Shown: positions 32,390 to 53,898, numbered from the stretch's first letter. The stretch is DNA of 64,000 nucleotides from Chrysomallon squamiferum (GCA_012295275.1 CM022670.1:26164001-26228000); one strand, 5' to 3'. Numbers and translations: made by a program. The notes: generated by a model from the letters alone, not told the origin.

Positions 32390-33086
32390 AAAAATAAATA
32401 TATATAAAAAAAAAAATCATAAAAAAAAAATTAATAATAAAATAGAGATAGATTATGAAAACACAATAATACACTTCGCTAACAAAAACATTATAAGTTC
32501 TCTAAAATATTTTTGAGATATAATGTAATGATATACAATAACCATAATATGCAGAACTAAAGAAATCTGAATTTGTAATGATTTGTTCTGATGTTGAATG
32601 AAGTGATTCAAACCTGAGATATATTTCCAGGATGGAATGTTGTGGTGACCACGTGTTGTATTATTCTTTCAAGAATGAATGTCGGTCCGGATATGTATCC
32701 AAGTCGAGCTCTGGTTCAAATAATTTTAATCACACGAGTTAGTTACAACAAGCAACATCATTATAAATATATGAGGTTTTATATGAGGATTCGTGTCTAA
32801 GTGTGTGAAAGAAGAGCTTTATTGTCTTTCAAACATTCAAAATCGTTATGACAAAATACATTTAACATATGCAAACTTTATGCATTTTAAATTACGAGTC
32901 CACATTTTCTAATGAAATTCTCGATTACAAATGCTGTTTTCAAACATATTAAATTCTGTCACAGTACATACCCGGCTGACATAACCTTTGAAAAGGAGTC
33001 TAGTCTAATGACACGACCGTCAGTATCAAGAGAAAGAAAACCTGGAAGTCTCGGCTGCAACAGAAAGAACACACTGCACTTAAATA

Positions 33087-36000
33087 TTTTATATAGCAAG
33101 ACATTCTATTAAACTGATTATTATTCTGAAACGTAATTTTATATAGCAATACATTCTATTAAACTGATTATTATTCTGAAACGTAATTTTATATAGCAAT
33201 ACATTCTATTAAACTGATTATTGTTCTGAAATGTAATTTTATATAGCAAGACATTCTATTAAACTGATTATTGTTCTGAAATGTAATTTTATATAGCAAT
33301 ACATTCTATTAAACTGATTACTGTTCTGAAATGTAATTTTATATAGCAAGACATTCTATTAAACTGATTATTGTTCTGAAATGTAATTTTATATAGCAAG
33401 ACATTCTATTAAACTGATTATTATTCTGAAATGTAATTTTATATATTAATTCTATTAAATTCTGATTAAACTGATTATTATTCTGAAATGTAATTTTATA
33501 TAGCAAGACATTCTATTAAACTGATTATTATTCTGAAATGTAATTTTATATAGCAAGACATTCTATTAAACTGATTATTATTCTGAAATGTAATTTTATA
33601 TAGCAAGACATTCTATTAAACTGATTATTGTTCTGAAATGTAATTTTATATAGCAATACATTCTATTAAACTGATTATTATTCTGAAATGTAATTTTATA
33701 TAGCAAGACATTCTATTAAACTGATTATTATTCTAAAATGTAATTTTATATAGCAAGACATTCTATTAAACTGATTATTATTCTGAAATGTAATTTTATA
33801 TAGCAAGACATTCTATTAAACTGATTATTGTTCTGAAATGTAATTTTATATAGCAAGACATTCTATTAAACTGATTATTATTCTGAAATGTAATTTTATA
33901 TAGCAAGACATTCTATTAAACTGATTATTATTCTGAAATGTAATTTTATATAGCAAGACATTCTATTAAACTGATTATTATTCTGAAATGTAATTTTATA
34001 TAGCAAGACATTCTATTAAACTGATTATTGTTCTGAAATGTAATTTTATATAGCAAGACATTCTATTAAACTGATTATTTGTCTGAAATGTAATTTTATA
34101 TATAAAGACATACTATTAAACTGATTATTTGTTCTGAAATGTAATTTTATACAGCAAGATATTTTATTAAACTGATTATTGTTCTGAAATGTAATTTTAT
34201 ATAGCAAGACATTCTATTAAACTGATTATTATTCTGAAATTATTTTATATAGCTGAGAATTCTATTAAACTGATTATTTTGTAATTTTATATAGCAAGAC
34301 ATTCTATTAAACTGATTATTATTCTGAAATTAATTTTATATAGAAGACATTCTATTAAACTGATTATTATTCTGAAATGTAATTTTATATAGCAAGACAT
34401 TCTATTAAACTGATTATTAGTTCTGAAATGTAATTTTATATAGCAAGACATTCTATTAAACTGATTATTAGTTCTGAAATGTAATTTTATATAGCAAGAG
34501 ATTCTATTAAACTGATTATTATTCTGAAACGTAATTTTATATAGCAAGACATTTTATTAAACTGATTATTGTTCTGAAATGTAATTTTATATAGCAAGAC
34601 ATTCTATTAAACTGATTATTATTCTGAAATGTAATTTTATATAGCAAGACATTCTATTAAACTGATTATTATTCTGAAATGTAATTTTATATAGCAAGAC
34701 ATTCTATTAAACTGATTATTATTCTGAAATGTAATTTTATATAGCAAGACATTTTATTAAACTGATTATTATTCTGAAATGTAATTTTATATAGCAAGAT
34801 ATTTTATTAAACTGATTATTGTTCTGAAATTAAACAAGACATTCTATTAAACTGATTATTTGTCTGAAATGTAATTTTATATAGCAAGACATTTTATTAA
34901 ACTGATTATTTGTTCTGAAATGTAATTTTATATAGCAAGACATTCTATTAAACTGATTATTGTTCTGAAATGTAATTTTATATAGCAAGACATTCTATTA
35001 AACTGATTATTGTTCTGAAATGTAATTTTATATAGCAAGATATTTTATTAAACTGATTATTATTCTGAAATGTAATTTTATATAGCAAGACATTTTATTA
35101 AACTGATTATTGTTCTGAAATGTAATTTTATATAGCAAGACATTCTATTAAACTGATTATTTGTCTGAAATGTAATTTTATATAGCAAGACATTCTATTA
35201 AACTGATTATTATTCTGAAATGTAATTTTATATAGCAAGACATTCTATTAAACTGATTATTATTCTGAAATGTAATTTTATATAGCAAGACATTCTATTA
35301 AACTGATTATTATTCTGAAATGTAATTTTATATAGCAAGACATTCTATTAAACTGATTATTATTCTGAAATGTAATTTTATATAGCAAGACATTCTATTA
35401 AACTGATTATTATTCTGAAATGTAATTTTATATAGCAAGACATTTTATTAAACTGATTATTGTTCTGAAATGTAATTTTATATAGCAAGACATTCTATTA
35501 AACTGATTATTATTCTGAAATGTAATTTTATATAGCAAGACATTCTATTAAACTGATTATTATTCTGAAATGTAATTTTATATAGCAAGACATTCTATTA
35601 AACTGATTATTATTCTGAAATGTAATTTTATATAGCAAGACATTCTATTAAACTGATTATTTGTCTGAAATGTAATTTTATATAGCAAGACATTCTATTA
35701 AACTGATTATTATTCTGAAATGTAATTTTATATAGCAAGACATTCTATTAAACTGATTATTTGTTCTGAAATGTAATATAGCAAGACATTATTAAACTTT
35801 ATTATTCTGAAATGTAATTTTATATAGAAGACATTTTATTAAACTGATTATTGTTCTGAAATGTAATTTTATATAGCAAGACATTTTATTAAACTGATTA
35901 TTGTTCTGAAATGTAATTTTATATAGCAAGACATTCATTAAACTATTATTCTATTAAAACTGAAATTTTATATATATTATTTTCTGAAATGACATTTTAT

Positions 36001-36570
36001 ATAAACTTATTATTAAAATGTAATTTTATATAGCAAAATATTTTATTATAGCAATTAATTAAACTGATTATTTTTTTGAAATGTAATTTTATATAGTGAG
36101 ATATTTTATTAAACTGAAATTATTTATATAGCAAGACATTCTGAAATGATTATTTGTCTGAAATGTAATTTTATATAGCAAGACATTTTATTAAACTGAT
36201 TATTATTCTGAAATGTAATTTTATATAGCAAGACATTCTATTAAACTGATTATTTGTCTGAAATGTAATTTGATACAGCAAGACATTCTATTAAACTGAT
36301 TATTTGTCTGAAATGTAATTTTATATAGAGGAATACATTCTATTAAACTGATTATTGTTCTGAAATGTAATTTTATATAGCAAGACATTTTATTAAACTG
36401 ATTATTATTCTGAAATGTATTTTATATAGCAAGACATTCTATTAAACTGATTATTATTCTGAAATGTAATTTTGTATTGCAAGACATTCTATTAAACTGA
36501 TTATTGTTCTGAAATGTAATTTTATATAGGAAGATATTTTATTAAATTGATTACTATTCTGAAATTGTAA
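33087..36570. repeat. 50-bp intronic minisatellite, about 70 units
   Basis: Same unit in copy 3. Long homogeneous runs plus garbled patches (e.g. 35770-36150). Confidence 0.97.
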
Positions 36571-37536
36571 ATTTAACTTCATAGGAATAATAAACCCAGA
36601 GGAATAAATAAATAGATAATGAGATAAATACAGCTAAGAACTTAGAAACTGCCGGAAATAAGACAGAGATGATAAGTATTTTAGAAAACCATGTCATTAA
36701 GGCAGGTATCCAAAAAAAAAAAAAAAAAAAAAAAAAAGAAAAAGAAAAAAACAACGACACCTGAATGTAAAAAGCAAATAATCAATTTAGTTAACTGGCC
36801 GAATATTTAGTCAACGGAACTGGTTTTTTCGGGAGTTATCAAACATACGGTTTTATGTTCTCCATATTGACATCTTATTCATGTAATGTCGTAAACTGCA
36901 TCCCTGATGGAACACTATGTCTCTCATTATCTCACAGAGTGTAATTTTATTAAACAAACTGAATAAATACTGAAGACTAATCTTCAGGCTAATTTTAACC
37001 TTGTTATACTGGATCAAAAAATACGGATCATCTTCCAAATGAGTAGACTGTGTTTCCTCGCGATTTTATAAATCTTTTCCTTCCTTTCCATGGACCACGT
37101 AACGCCTGTAGGATTAGCAGCTGAGGGGACGCAGTATAGTAGGTGTGGCTTTTTCCCGTCAGTCTCTGGATTCCATTTGTTCAAAACGTCGTCTAACATA
37201 TCTGGAAGCATCCCGTCGCCATCAGATTTTATTGGACAAGTTTTGACCCCCATAGGTATAGTCTATAAAGTATAAAGAAAGTGAAAATAAATAAACTGGA
37301 CTTAATAACTAAATATATATTAATATTAAAGATTTGTACGGTGTCTCTACTAAGTTTATAAAAATGGTGGAGTCATATTTGTTCACGCATGGGTCTAATG
37401 TTACTTACTGGCAGTATTTTTTATTTATTTTATCAAGCAGAAAAATCACACGTCAGGTCCTTTAATAAACTGTGGAGTGTTGCTAGATATAAGTAATTAA
37501 GTTCTCTGAAGGTGAGTGGTCTGCTTTAGGTCACTG

Positions 37537-37607
<71 letters not shown>

Positions 37608-37822
37608 AAGAATAATAGTGTTGTTGTGTCGTTGTTGTTGTTATTATACTTACTGCGTTGAAAACACAAGGATAGGTAAATCCTTCAGTCAGAAGTGTGT
37701 TACCTTCTTCCAGTGTTGCCTCGAAAACCTGAAATTAAAGAAAGTATCTTGCTTATTTAAACCATTAAATAAAGATATAGAGAATTATCAATACCAGCAG
37801 GAACAGTAATAATAAAATGTTT

Positions 37823-37898
<76 letters not shown>

Positions 37899-38317
37899 AC
37901 GTTTCTGAATTGATATGTAAGCGTATCAAATACAACTTTCTGAATTTTATTGTAGTTAATTAGCATTAATACAGCAGCTCATAGGTTCGTTATACAATTT
38001 AAACAATTTTACAAGTGTCACGAATTAAATGATGGAGAGCAAATTTTTTTTTTTTTTTTTTTACTTTGCTGATTCCATCTGTGCAGCCTGTTGTCATAAT
38101 GAGGTCCATGCTGCTGGGTTCGCCTTTGTGGTCCAGAAGAGGTGGATTGTGTAGCCGTCGTTGTAGTTCGATCAGCCAGTCTATAAGATTCCGGTTTCTA
38201 AAGATCATAATTATAGAAATCATTAGAACATAATACTAACAATAAGAACAATAATAAATAAATAAATAAATAATAGAAATAAAAAGAAGAACAATAAAGA
38301 AAACAATAACAATAACA

Positions 38318-38380
<63 letters not shown>

Positions 38381-39098
38381 GTATCAGAGCCCAATGCAAG
38401 GCAAGTATTGCGTCCCCCAACGCGTGGATCTTAGCCCTTCCCGAGACCCGTCCTCCAGTAATGTCAGTCCAGTAGTGAAATGCTTACCTCCCCAGACAAA
38501 TACGTTTAAAGAAAATATTAATTAAAGTAAATTACATGTAATGCTGGTGTCATAAACTGATCTTACAGATGTGTTGCATAAACAATAAAATTTGATCATC
38601 AAGGAATTTTATATAGAAATTTTTTTTCAGGAAGATATTTGAATGTAGTATTTTATTTCTTTTTAAATTTTGCGCCTTAACAATTAAGTACGCTACACCG
38701 CTGATGATAATGAAGAGAACTGATTATACTGTAATAATGTAAAGGAGGGATGAAGATAATTTCAATACAATGTAAATAAAAATACTAACTTTATTTTTCG
38801 CTATTACCTTAGAAAAATAGTATTAATGTAGTTTGCAAAAGAGTATTTACTTTATCTAATCGTTTTCTAGCTCTAAAAATCTTACAGTTAAATGTTTGAT
38901 TAAAGAAGCTCGAACTATATTTTCTAATTAAACTGAGTTAATTATATATGCTGCATTCTGACTTTCATACATACCCGATAGTCAAACCGTATTGTAGCAT
39001 TCGTTTCATTTCTTCTTCAGAAATGTATAGTGTTTCACCATCTCTAGAAAATAAGATGATATTAAAAAATAAATATCTTTTATCGTTTTCCTACACAG

Positions 39099-39208
<110 letters not shown>

Positions 39209-39290
39209 GTTTCTGTGTATCTCTCTCTTTCATTCATTCACTCTTTTTGACTATTTAATCTTTTTCACTCTTTCTTATACACTCCTAGAG

Positions 39291-39758
39291 CAGGGGCAGA
39301 TTCGGGAAGGTTTATTGTCTGTTCACAGTTAACATGCCCATCCGGCCCGCGAGACAGCAAAAGAAAAGTCAGTGAAATAAAGTCAGTTGACACAGCTATT
39401 TTGTTTTTTTTAAGTCACACACTAGTTTAAAATTTAAGGCGTCTCGAAGGTGCTCGTCGAATCAGTAGTGGCATCCGAATTTTGAATGGCTGCTTGCTTC
39501 AATCAGTTCAAAATATGCAAACTACATGACAATCTTCGCTTGTGCACCACATCAGTTAAGCCTGACACTGAATCGCTGTTTCATGGTATGCAACAAACCC
39601 ATCTCATTAACTCTTCTAACATTCGTTAAAAGTGAATTTACTGTTTACATAAAATTCACGTTTTGAAATCTTTTTTTGTTCTCATTTCATATTCTGGCCC
39701 TCATGCTCTTCTTATAAGAATCATCCGGCCCCTGTTTTAAAAAGTTTGCCCGCCCCTG
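39291..39758. mobile_element. hAT (Charlie-like) non-autonomous element with 8-bp TSD
   Basis: Termini CAGGGGC...GCCCCTG are flanked by TCCTAGAG / TCATAGAG (8-bp TSD, one mismatch, TAGA-containing target). Confidence 0.85.
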
Positions 39759-40328
39759 TCATAGAGGCATATATATATACATGATAAATTAACAGTTGTT
39801 TAATGGTCATGATATTAACAATGTTGAGTTTTTTCTCTGTGTCATAAAAACCTACATGACATGACATAACACCTGAAACAATACCGATCTTATTACAGGT
39901 CAAAGAGATTATATTTCCACATATGTACACACTATTTTATTAATAAACATAACTACATTTATGCTCTTAATCGTGAAAAAAAAAAAGTTATTACTTTGTC
40001 ATAATAAAATTTATGAGAGACAGCTGCAACAGCCATTAAAACATTCTGATCCAACAATGATTTTTTAATTTATGAATAAATAAGAAGTGTGTAAATCCAT
40101 ACCTTAGAGTGAATTGTCCTTTTGTTATAGGGAATGTGGAAGGATTGGGAAATCCATTAGAAACAAAGACAGAGCCATCTGTACAGAATGAAAACAATTA
40201 CCAGTTAGATATAATTATGTATTATTCACAAATAAATATTTCAGGTGTATTCCTTTTTTATAATTAGAATTAAACTGTTTATTTAATTATATTTATTTAT
40301 ATAATTTGAATTCAATAGCAATAAATAC

Positions 40329-40398
<70 letters not shown>

Positions 40399-40480
40399 TG
40401 GACATGCATATATATATATATATATTTGGAATAAAACTACTGCATATATATTTTTTGGAACTATTTTTCAACATTCAAAA

Positions 40481-40511
<31 letters not shown>

Positions 40512-41653
40512 ATATACCTATAGGATATGGGAAAGGAAATTTTATTCTTCGTTTACTTATTGTATTTAAGTAAGGATTGTAGTCTGAGATTCTGTGGTTG
40601 CTGAAATGAAATAGGTAATATATATATATATATACAATTCACTGAAATTAAATAATACAAAATCATATCAGAGTATAAAGGGACGAATTAAAAAAATATA
40701 TATATTAATAAATATAATAGATGAAGATAAGAAGAAATATAAAAAAAGAATAGATATATGTAACATCGAGTAACTTAAAAGTGTGTACAGTATAAACAGT
40801 ACGTGACTACAGGAAAAGTACAACGCGTTCACAGATTTTAAAATATAATAATAAAATTAAATTAAATTAAATTAAATTAAATTAAATAATAAATAAATAG
40901 ATAGATAAATAAATTAAATAAATAAATAAATAAATAAACAATAAAAATAAAATAAACGATGCACCCGCGGGTAATTTTTTGTATTGTCATATGAGTATTA
41001 TGATGCTTTATTTCAGATGTATATTATTAAAAGAAAGAAAAGAAAAAGCTAATATATGTATCTTCTTAAACATCCCGAATACGAATGGTGGATGTCAGTC
41101 TGACATTATAAAGTTAGCTTACTTAGACGAATCGTCTTTCTTTGCAGTCTGAATGAAATAAATATTCGTAATATTAATATTACTTAACAAACAAATGTAA
41201 AAAAATATTTTTGTTATTATTATTATTTTTTTTTTTTTGCTATTGTTGTTCTTATTTTAAAATTTTCTTTATTTTATTTGTTATTTTTTTTTTTTTTATT
41301 TTTTAAAATCGATTACTACAGTAATTTATATATCGCAGCTGGGTTTTATATATATAAATAATAAAAAATAATAAAATCAAATAATAATAATAAAAAATTA
41401 AATGCATAAAACGCAATAGAATTACCTATGTAATGAACGAATTCGTGAAAACAATGTGGATACGTATTAAACGCAACGAGAGCTCTACGCCTGTGTCTGT
41501 TTAATACAAAGACGTTATTTGTAGTCACGCTGTAACAGCGTGACCTGCATAATACTAAAACTTTTTCGTTTTCCTGAATTTTCTCTAAAAGTTTAACTCC
41601 TTTTCTTTCCTGGTACTGGCAGGCATACTGATAGGTGTGTGTGTGTGTGTGTG

Positions 41654-41694
<41 letters not shown>

Positions 41695-41989
41695 TTGTGC
41701 ATGAGTACTGACGGTGTTTGTACATCTGTCTAATAATGTGTTCACTGTTTTTTCAAAACTCTTTACGTTTGTCACCCTCTGTGATGTTATTACACTTCCA
41801 GACATTTTCGTAAACGTTTCTAAACTCACCTGTCCATATTTTTTGTGGCGTCAGCCATCACAAAGAAGAATGAGAGAGAAACAGCAATTAATACTTAATC
41901 AACGATCAATCAGAATATGCGCATGTGCATGTTAAAGAAAACACTTCAGCAAACAGCAGGCTGATCATAATCAACCTTGACTCCGCAGC

Positions 41990-41997
41990 TATTTATA
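41990..41997 (-). promoter_or_regulatory. TATA box of AADAT copy 3
   Basis: Same TATAAATA context (ccgcagctatttataacag on the plus strand) as copy 1. Confidence 0.6.
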
Positions 41998-42359
41998 ACA
42001 GATTAACGATGTCCCGGGTCATATCCCAGTATCGGACCCACTGTTGTAATGTGATAATTACTCGTTTTTAACACCAGTAAAAGACATTTGTATTTTTAAA
42101 GTGATTATGAATTTATCAAATTTTATTTTTGTTTAAAATATCTTCTCAAATGATCTATCTTTTCAAGATACCTGTAAATGTAATTAAATTCAGAATAGTT
42201 TTCATGTGAAAATAATGTAATTTCTATACATGTTTTTTGTATATATATATATAACACATTTTTTATATATATATATATATAAATATATATGATTGTTACT
42301 GTTTTTATTATTATATGTATACTTAAATATTATTAGTGAAAAAGACATTACATAAATAA

Positions 42360-42410
<51 letters not shown>

Positions 42411-42749
42411 GTAAATAAATAAAATGAATGTTAAGTAAATACTGTTTTCAATTTCTGTGACTTCTCCAAACACGATGAGTACTTTATTCATAAACACGAT
42501 CATTCATTTCCTTGCTTACTCAGATTTAAATATTTTAATTTTAAAAGTAAGACTTGACAACTAAACGATAATTATATTAGTAATAAAATAATTAAACATT
42601 ATTCTTCTTATAATCGCCCTTAACCCTCTTTTTATTTTCTATATCCCTTGTAAAGAATTAGATTTTTAAAAAAAAAAAAAAAAAAAAATTATTTTCGGTT
42701 TATTTTTAAAAGGTAATACGACGACAATACCCAAAACATCAACAAGAAG

Positions 42750-42797
<48 letters not shown>

Positions 42798-43643
42798 GTA
42801 GTTGTAGTAGTAGTTGTAGTAGTAGTAGTAACAATAATAAAATAATAAAATCATTAATTAATGTTAGTAGTAATAGTTGTTGGTTGGTTGCTGTTGTAAT
42901 AATAGTAATGGTAGAAGATCAGTAGTAATTATAGTCATAGTACTTGTTCGTGTATTAGTGAAACGGGATTATTATTGTTATTAGGACAGTAGCCGCAACA
43001 AACATTAGTAACAGCAATAGCAACAAAAGGAGCAACAACAACAGTGGTAGCATCAACAGCAGCAACATAAATTTGACAACAGTAACAAACAACAACAGCA
43101 GTAGTACTAGTAGTGGTGTTAATATTATCTGCGATGAAATGAAATGACTTGTGCAAAGTCTGTTTGCTTGCAATTTGTTCATTAGAGATTTAAACTATTG
43201 CGTGTCATGTTCTACTTCTCAGTGAAGTCACGTTTGCAAGTCTATGTGTATCATCAATTTACTTCTCATTACTTTTGTTCTCTGATTTGTTACACTGGTT
43301 TGAACTATTCTGTTTCATGATTTGACTCGATGAGGACATAGGTGATTCGATGAGCACTAATTTCAAGAGTAAGTGATAATTATTTAATTTTCGTTTAAAT
43401 TCTTCTCTTTTCTGTGGCAGCTAAAAACTATTTTTTAAGACACATAATTTTCTATTTAAATTTATTATTATTATTATTTTTAGTTCTTAATTAAAAAATT
43501 AACAAACGTTTAGTAGTACTTCAGTGAGTCTAATGAAGATGCCATTCATAATTATTTAATTTTGTTTTTATTAATATTTCTTATTTTTTATATATTTATT
43601 TTTTTATTGAAAATTAATTTTACACATACAAACACACATACAC

Positions 43644-43688
<45 letters not shown>

Positions 43689-43751
43689 TTAAAGATGTCA
43701 TAGCTCGCTATTTCATGGTTTTTCTTGGTTCTTCTTGGTTTTTTCTTCAGA

Positions 43752-49371
<5,620 letters not shown>

Positions 49372-49796
49372 GATGATATAAATTCAAACGTGTAATATTA
49401 TCGTACGGCTGGTTTCAACTGATTAATGATAATAAACATAATAAACATAATAATGATAATAATAATAATAATAGTGGAAATAATAAAAATAGTAAAATTT
49501 AGAAAAGAAAAAGAAAAGAAAATATTAAAATAAGAATGTAGCAGCTCTAATGATTTATTATAATTTTTATCTACTTGGTCATTTACAATACATTCAGTTC
49601 TTATTGTACACCCATTTCTAAAATAAAAAGACAAAATAAGTTGAAAAAAGAAATAAAAACAAAAAATAATAATAAAACATAAAAATAACATTTAAATGAA
49701 TCATGTAAATAAGTAAATTAAATAAATAGTATATATCACTGGATCAATTGATAATATCAATGCATATTTTTAATATTCTTAAAGTATAAATAAATA

Positions 49797-49995
49797 AAAG
49801 ACGTTTGTAGTCTTAAAGTGATTATGAATTTATCAAATTTTATTTTTGTTTAAAATATCTTCTCAAATGATCTATCATTTCAAGATACCTGTAAATGTAA
49901 TTAAATTCAGAATAGTTTTCACGTGAAAATAATGTATTTTCTATACACTTTTATATATATATATATATATATAATACACATCTTCTATATATATT
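49797..49995. repeat. ~190-bp dispersed direct repeat (also at ~42080-42290 and ~26345-26530)
   Basis: Shared aaagtgattatgaatttatcaaa...aaaatatcttctcaaatgatcta...caagatacctgtaaatgtaattaaattcagaatagttttc. Confidence 0.85.
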
Positions 49996-50135
49996 TATAT
50001 ATACATACATACATACTCAAAAAATAAAGAAAGCTGTCACTCTCTAGAGCGGGAAAGCAAAGATTTTTGTTTAGTTATTTAATTTAAGGGCGAAAAAAAT
50101 AAAGTAAAAAAGGTCCAATTTAATATCTTTGCACT

Positions 50136-50426
50136 TATGTTGACCCTCGATTTCATGGACCTCGGTTTTCCGGATTTCCGGAATTGTGGACCAAATATGG
50201 AAAAATCACAAAATTAGAACTTACCACTATTTCCTACTTGTAACCCGTTCTCAATCCACTTTCAATCAAGGTAAGAGTAAATTTTATTACTGCACCCATA
50301 ACCACACTAACAACCTTCACCCAACCTAGCCTATATTTTTCTACTGTACATTTTTAAAAAAACATTTTTTTTTTTTACATATCTTGTATGACATTGTCTT
50401 TATGTCTGAAATCGAGGGTAAACAGT
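50136..50426. mobile_element. Putative MITE with inverted termini
   Basis: GTTGACCCTCGATTTCA (~50139-50155) and TGAAATCGAGGGTAAAC (~50407-50423) are 16/17 inverted repeats about 280 bp apart. Confidence 0.6.
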
Positions 50427-51042
50427 ACATAGGCCTTCTTTATTCATGGTTTGTTTTATTGTCCGATCAAATTGGAACACGAAAATTTACACTGAGTCCT
50501 TAACACTTGGAATTTCATTAGGATTGTAGAAAGAATTGTAAAAAATTAAAAATTAAAATTAAAAAGAATGAAGTAAATAAAAAATAAATGAAAAATACGA
50601 AACAGAATAGTTTAACACAGTAGTATTTGTCAGATCATCTACATAGCTATGGTTTGTTTTAGCTATTTTTCTCTGTCTTTGTACTCGTTTATTAGTGTCT
50701 GGCTTCTGTTTATTACTGGATTTCTAAAAAGCTCATAAATATATGATCAAAGAGGACAAAGCAAATCATATTCTTGGTTTGCATATCCTCACATTGTTAG
50801 TATTAATGTTTAATCTATGGTCGTTTACGGTTCACAAACTTCTCGAAATCATATTCGTTATAATTGTTATCTCCCTTGCAGATTGAAACTGTTTTCGCGC
50901 AACAACCAGGATATTTTACAGAGTTATTGGCCTTCTTCTCTAAAAAATAGCAGTTGACCCGTAACATTTGCGGAACGTCATCTTCACAACTGAAATATTA
51001 GTTTTAAAAAATGTAGCAATAATACGGTTATTTTAAATTTGT

Positions 51043-51111
<69 letters not shown>

Positions 51112-51719
51112 CATATACAAATAATAAAAAACCTCAAAGAAAACACATAGATATGGATGCACATACAAATACAAATTACAAAACAGACACAAACACAGAT
51201 TTATGAACACACATTTACAAACCCATACAAACTCACATACATACAAACACACACACAGATGATGCGCACATACACACATATGTTCAGACAAGTGCAAAAA
51301 TAAATATATAATGAAAAGTTCATGATTCACATACAAGAAATGTTGTCTTCTTTTCCATACAAATATTATGAGAAAAAAAAAAATAATAATAGCAAATAAT
51401 ACCAAAAAATAAATAATAATAAAAATAAAATAAAATAAAATAAAATAAAATAAAATAAAATAAAATAAAAATAAAAAATAAAATAAAAAATAAAATAAAT
51501 GAAAAATAAAGAAGAAAAAAGATGAGACATTTATATGTATGGAAGAGTCAGTTTAAGAGGTGTAGACCGAATACATATGACTTACTCTTCGCACATATAA
51601 CCAGTTTCCATACAACGACATTGTCTACATTGTTGCTTGTCGAACAACTCCGCACCTGGCTCCGCCCCACCAGGACACTCCTCTACAATGACACAATCAA
51701 CTAATGAATGTCCAAACCA

Positions 51720-51998
51720 CAGAGGAACATTTACCGAAGATTGTTTTTAAAGGTAATTGTTGAATATTGAGTATTTGGAGAATTAATGAACATCTTATAG
51801 GAATACTGAAGGTTATTATTAAAGGCAATTATTAAATACTGTTTGAAAAATCACTGAATACCATATAGGAAATTTAAAGGTTGTTATTAAATGTGATTGT
51901 TGAAATGCCTATTTGAAGAATCAATGAATACCACGCAGGAATATTAAAAGTTGTTATTAACGATATTTGATGAGAATGCCTCTTTGAAGAATCAGTTA
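51720..51998. repeat. Degenerate ~70-bp tandem repeat, about 4 units
   Basis: Recurring aggaa(t)a..aaggttgttattaaa..gattgttgaa..tatttgaagaatcaatgaatacc. Confidence 0.7.
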
Positions 51999-52370
51999 CT
52001 ATTAACTTTTTTTTTGAAAAATATTACGATGGAGGAAACCCATCATTACATAATATGTTAATTTGTATTATGTCAGCAGTGGATCTTTTGCAACCAAATT
52101 CCTACAGATAGAAGACCATATATCACATTCTTCAAAATAATCGTATCTCAGGTCAATGCTGAACCATTTCTTCACAGTTCTCGAGAGAGAAAAAACATTT
52201 CCAAATGATTTAATGGTTGTCATGTTCTAAACTGGGATAGTATATACTGTTATTTAAATAGACACTCTTCTCCTGTCTCCAATTTCAGTACGACACACAG
52301 TTTAAGAAAACACAGATATTTTACTGAAGTTTCACTTCCTTCAAACGATAATAAAATTACTATACTAAAT

Positions 52371-52419
<49 letters not shown>

Positions 52420-53640
52420 TAATAATAATAATAAAAAAATAGCAATATATCCTTGGTGAAATTATGATAAAAATGTCAAGACTATTTTTGAAAAAAAATA
52501 TGTAGGAGAGAATAAGACAAATCACATCATGAACTTTTCTCTTTCAAACCTTTTAATCCAAATAAACATATAATTTTTTTTTTTTAAATCAATGTTTTGG
52601 GTGGAATGTATGTACAGTATGTAAATTATTTTTGTTGTCGTTGTTATTATTATTATTATTATTATTTTTTTTTTTTATTCTTTTTATTGTATTGTATTCT
52701 ATTCTATTTTTAAATCACTGACTACGAAAATGAAAGAAAAAAGAATGCCCAATAGACTGAGAAACTCATTCCAGAATTACTTTTTGTCACTAGTATAAGT
52801 TGGTGTTTTTACAAATGGAAACTGTAAAACGTCCAGTTACTCACAGTTACATCAGAGTCCTAAATACCACTACGTCGTGTTTTTATCGTGTGAATGTGAC
52901 TTTATTTCACTATAATTATTGACATGTACATTTACAAGTGATAACAGCATTTACAACAACGAATCTCTTTTAATCTTTTTTTTTTTTTCTTTACTTAAAC
53001 AAAACCAAACCAAAAATATTCTTACCTTGATAATAATTATATCTGGCGAACACTAAAACGCTAAAAAATATACAATTCCAAAGAAATAAAATCGACTTCA
53101 TTTCTTTGAATATATCACTTCATTCCAGCAGAATGTTATGAGTTTTGATATGATCAATACATGTTTGATATTTATTATGTGTAGACATGTGTGGGCCATT
53201 AGTAAACGCACTGATCAATGTTCATTGATACGACTTACATCTGTTACGTTACTGCGTACTTCCTGGACACGAACGTCTTTGAAGAATCAATGAATACTAA
53301 AGAGATACGTTTTCTAAGGTTTTCTCGCTGTGAGTCAACTACAGATGGCGATTTTTTTTTTTTTCATTCCTTTCTTGTTGATGTCGCTTTGATTTACCGA
53401 TCAAACTCTACACACCTACTACTTTCCCTAACTTAGCTAAAGAAAGAAATTTCGTTTTCATAGGTTTATTTATTTATCATGTATTTATTTTTTTGTTTAA
53501 AATTTGATTATGTAATTTTTTTGTTTATTTTATTATGATTTTTATTTTACCTTCTGATCATCATTGTCAGAATAATGAATTTTTTTTCTGATGTTTATTT
53601 ATTTTATTTTATTTTTTTATATTGTAACATTTTTCATATT

Positions 53641-53689
<49 letters not shown>

Positions 53690-53866
53690 AAATAATAAAG
53701 AAACAAAATACTAATAATTGAAAGAAATAATTGAAAAAAGCAACAACAAAATACACATTAACAAATTTTTTTATTATTAACAAATAAAATCTATATATAA
53801 ACAGAAAACAAGAATAAACTTATGCAATTATTATAGTTCATTTTAATAAAATTTCATGGAAGAACA

Positions 53867-53898
<32 letters not shown>

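Noticed and set aside
33087-36570. Long regular repeat array resembling a CRISPR locus, and ORFs within it (34287-34547, 19944-20162)
   Set aside because: Units are contiguous with no unique spacers, there are no cas genes, and the context is a eukaryotic intron. It is a minisatellite and the ORFs are chance read-throughs.
38395-38510. GC-richer intronic segment with CTTACCT (also about 9395-9440 and 22665-22705), resembling the U1 snRNA 5' end or an extra donor site
   Set aside because: The similarity is only about 7 nt with no U1 stem-loops or Sm site. It is differently deleted in each copy and is probably a decayed repeat fragment.
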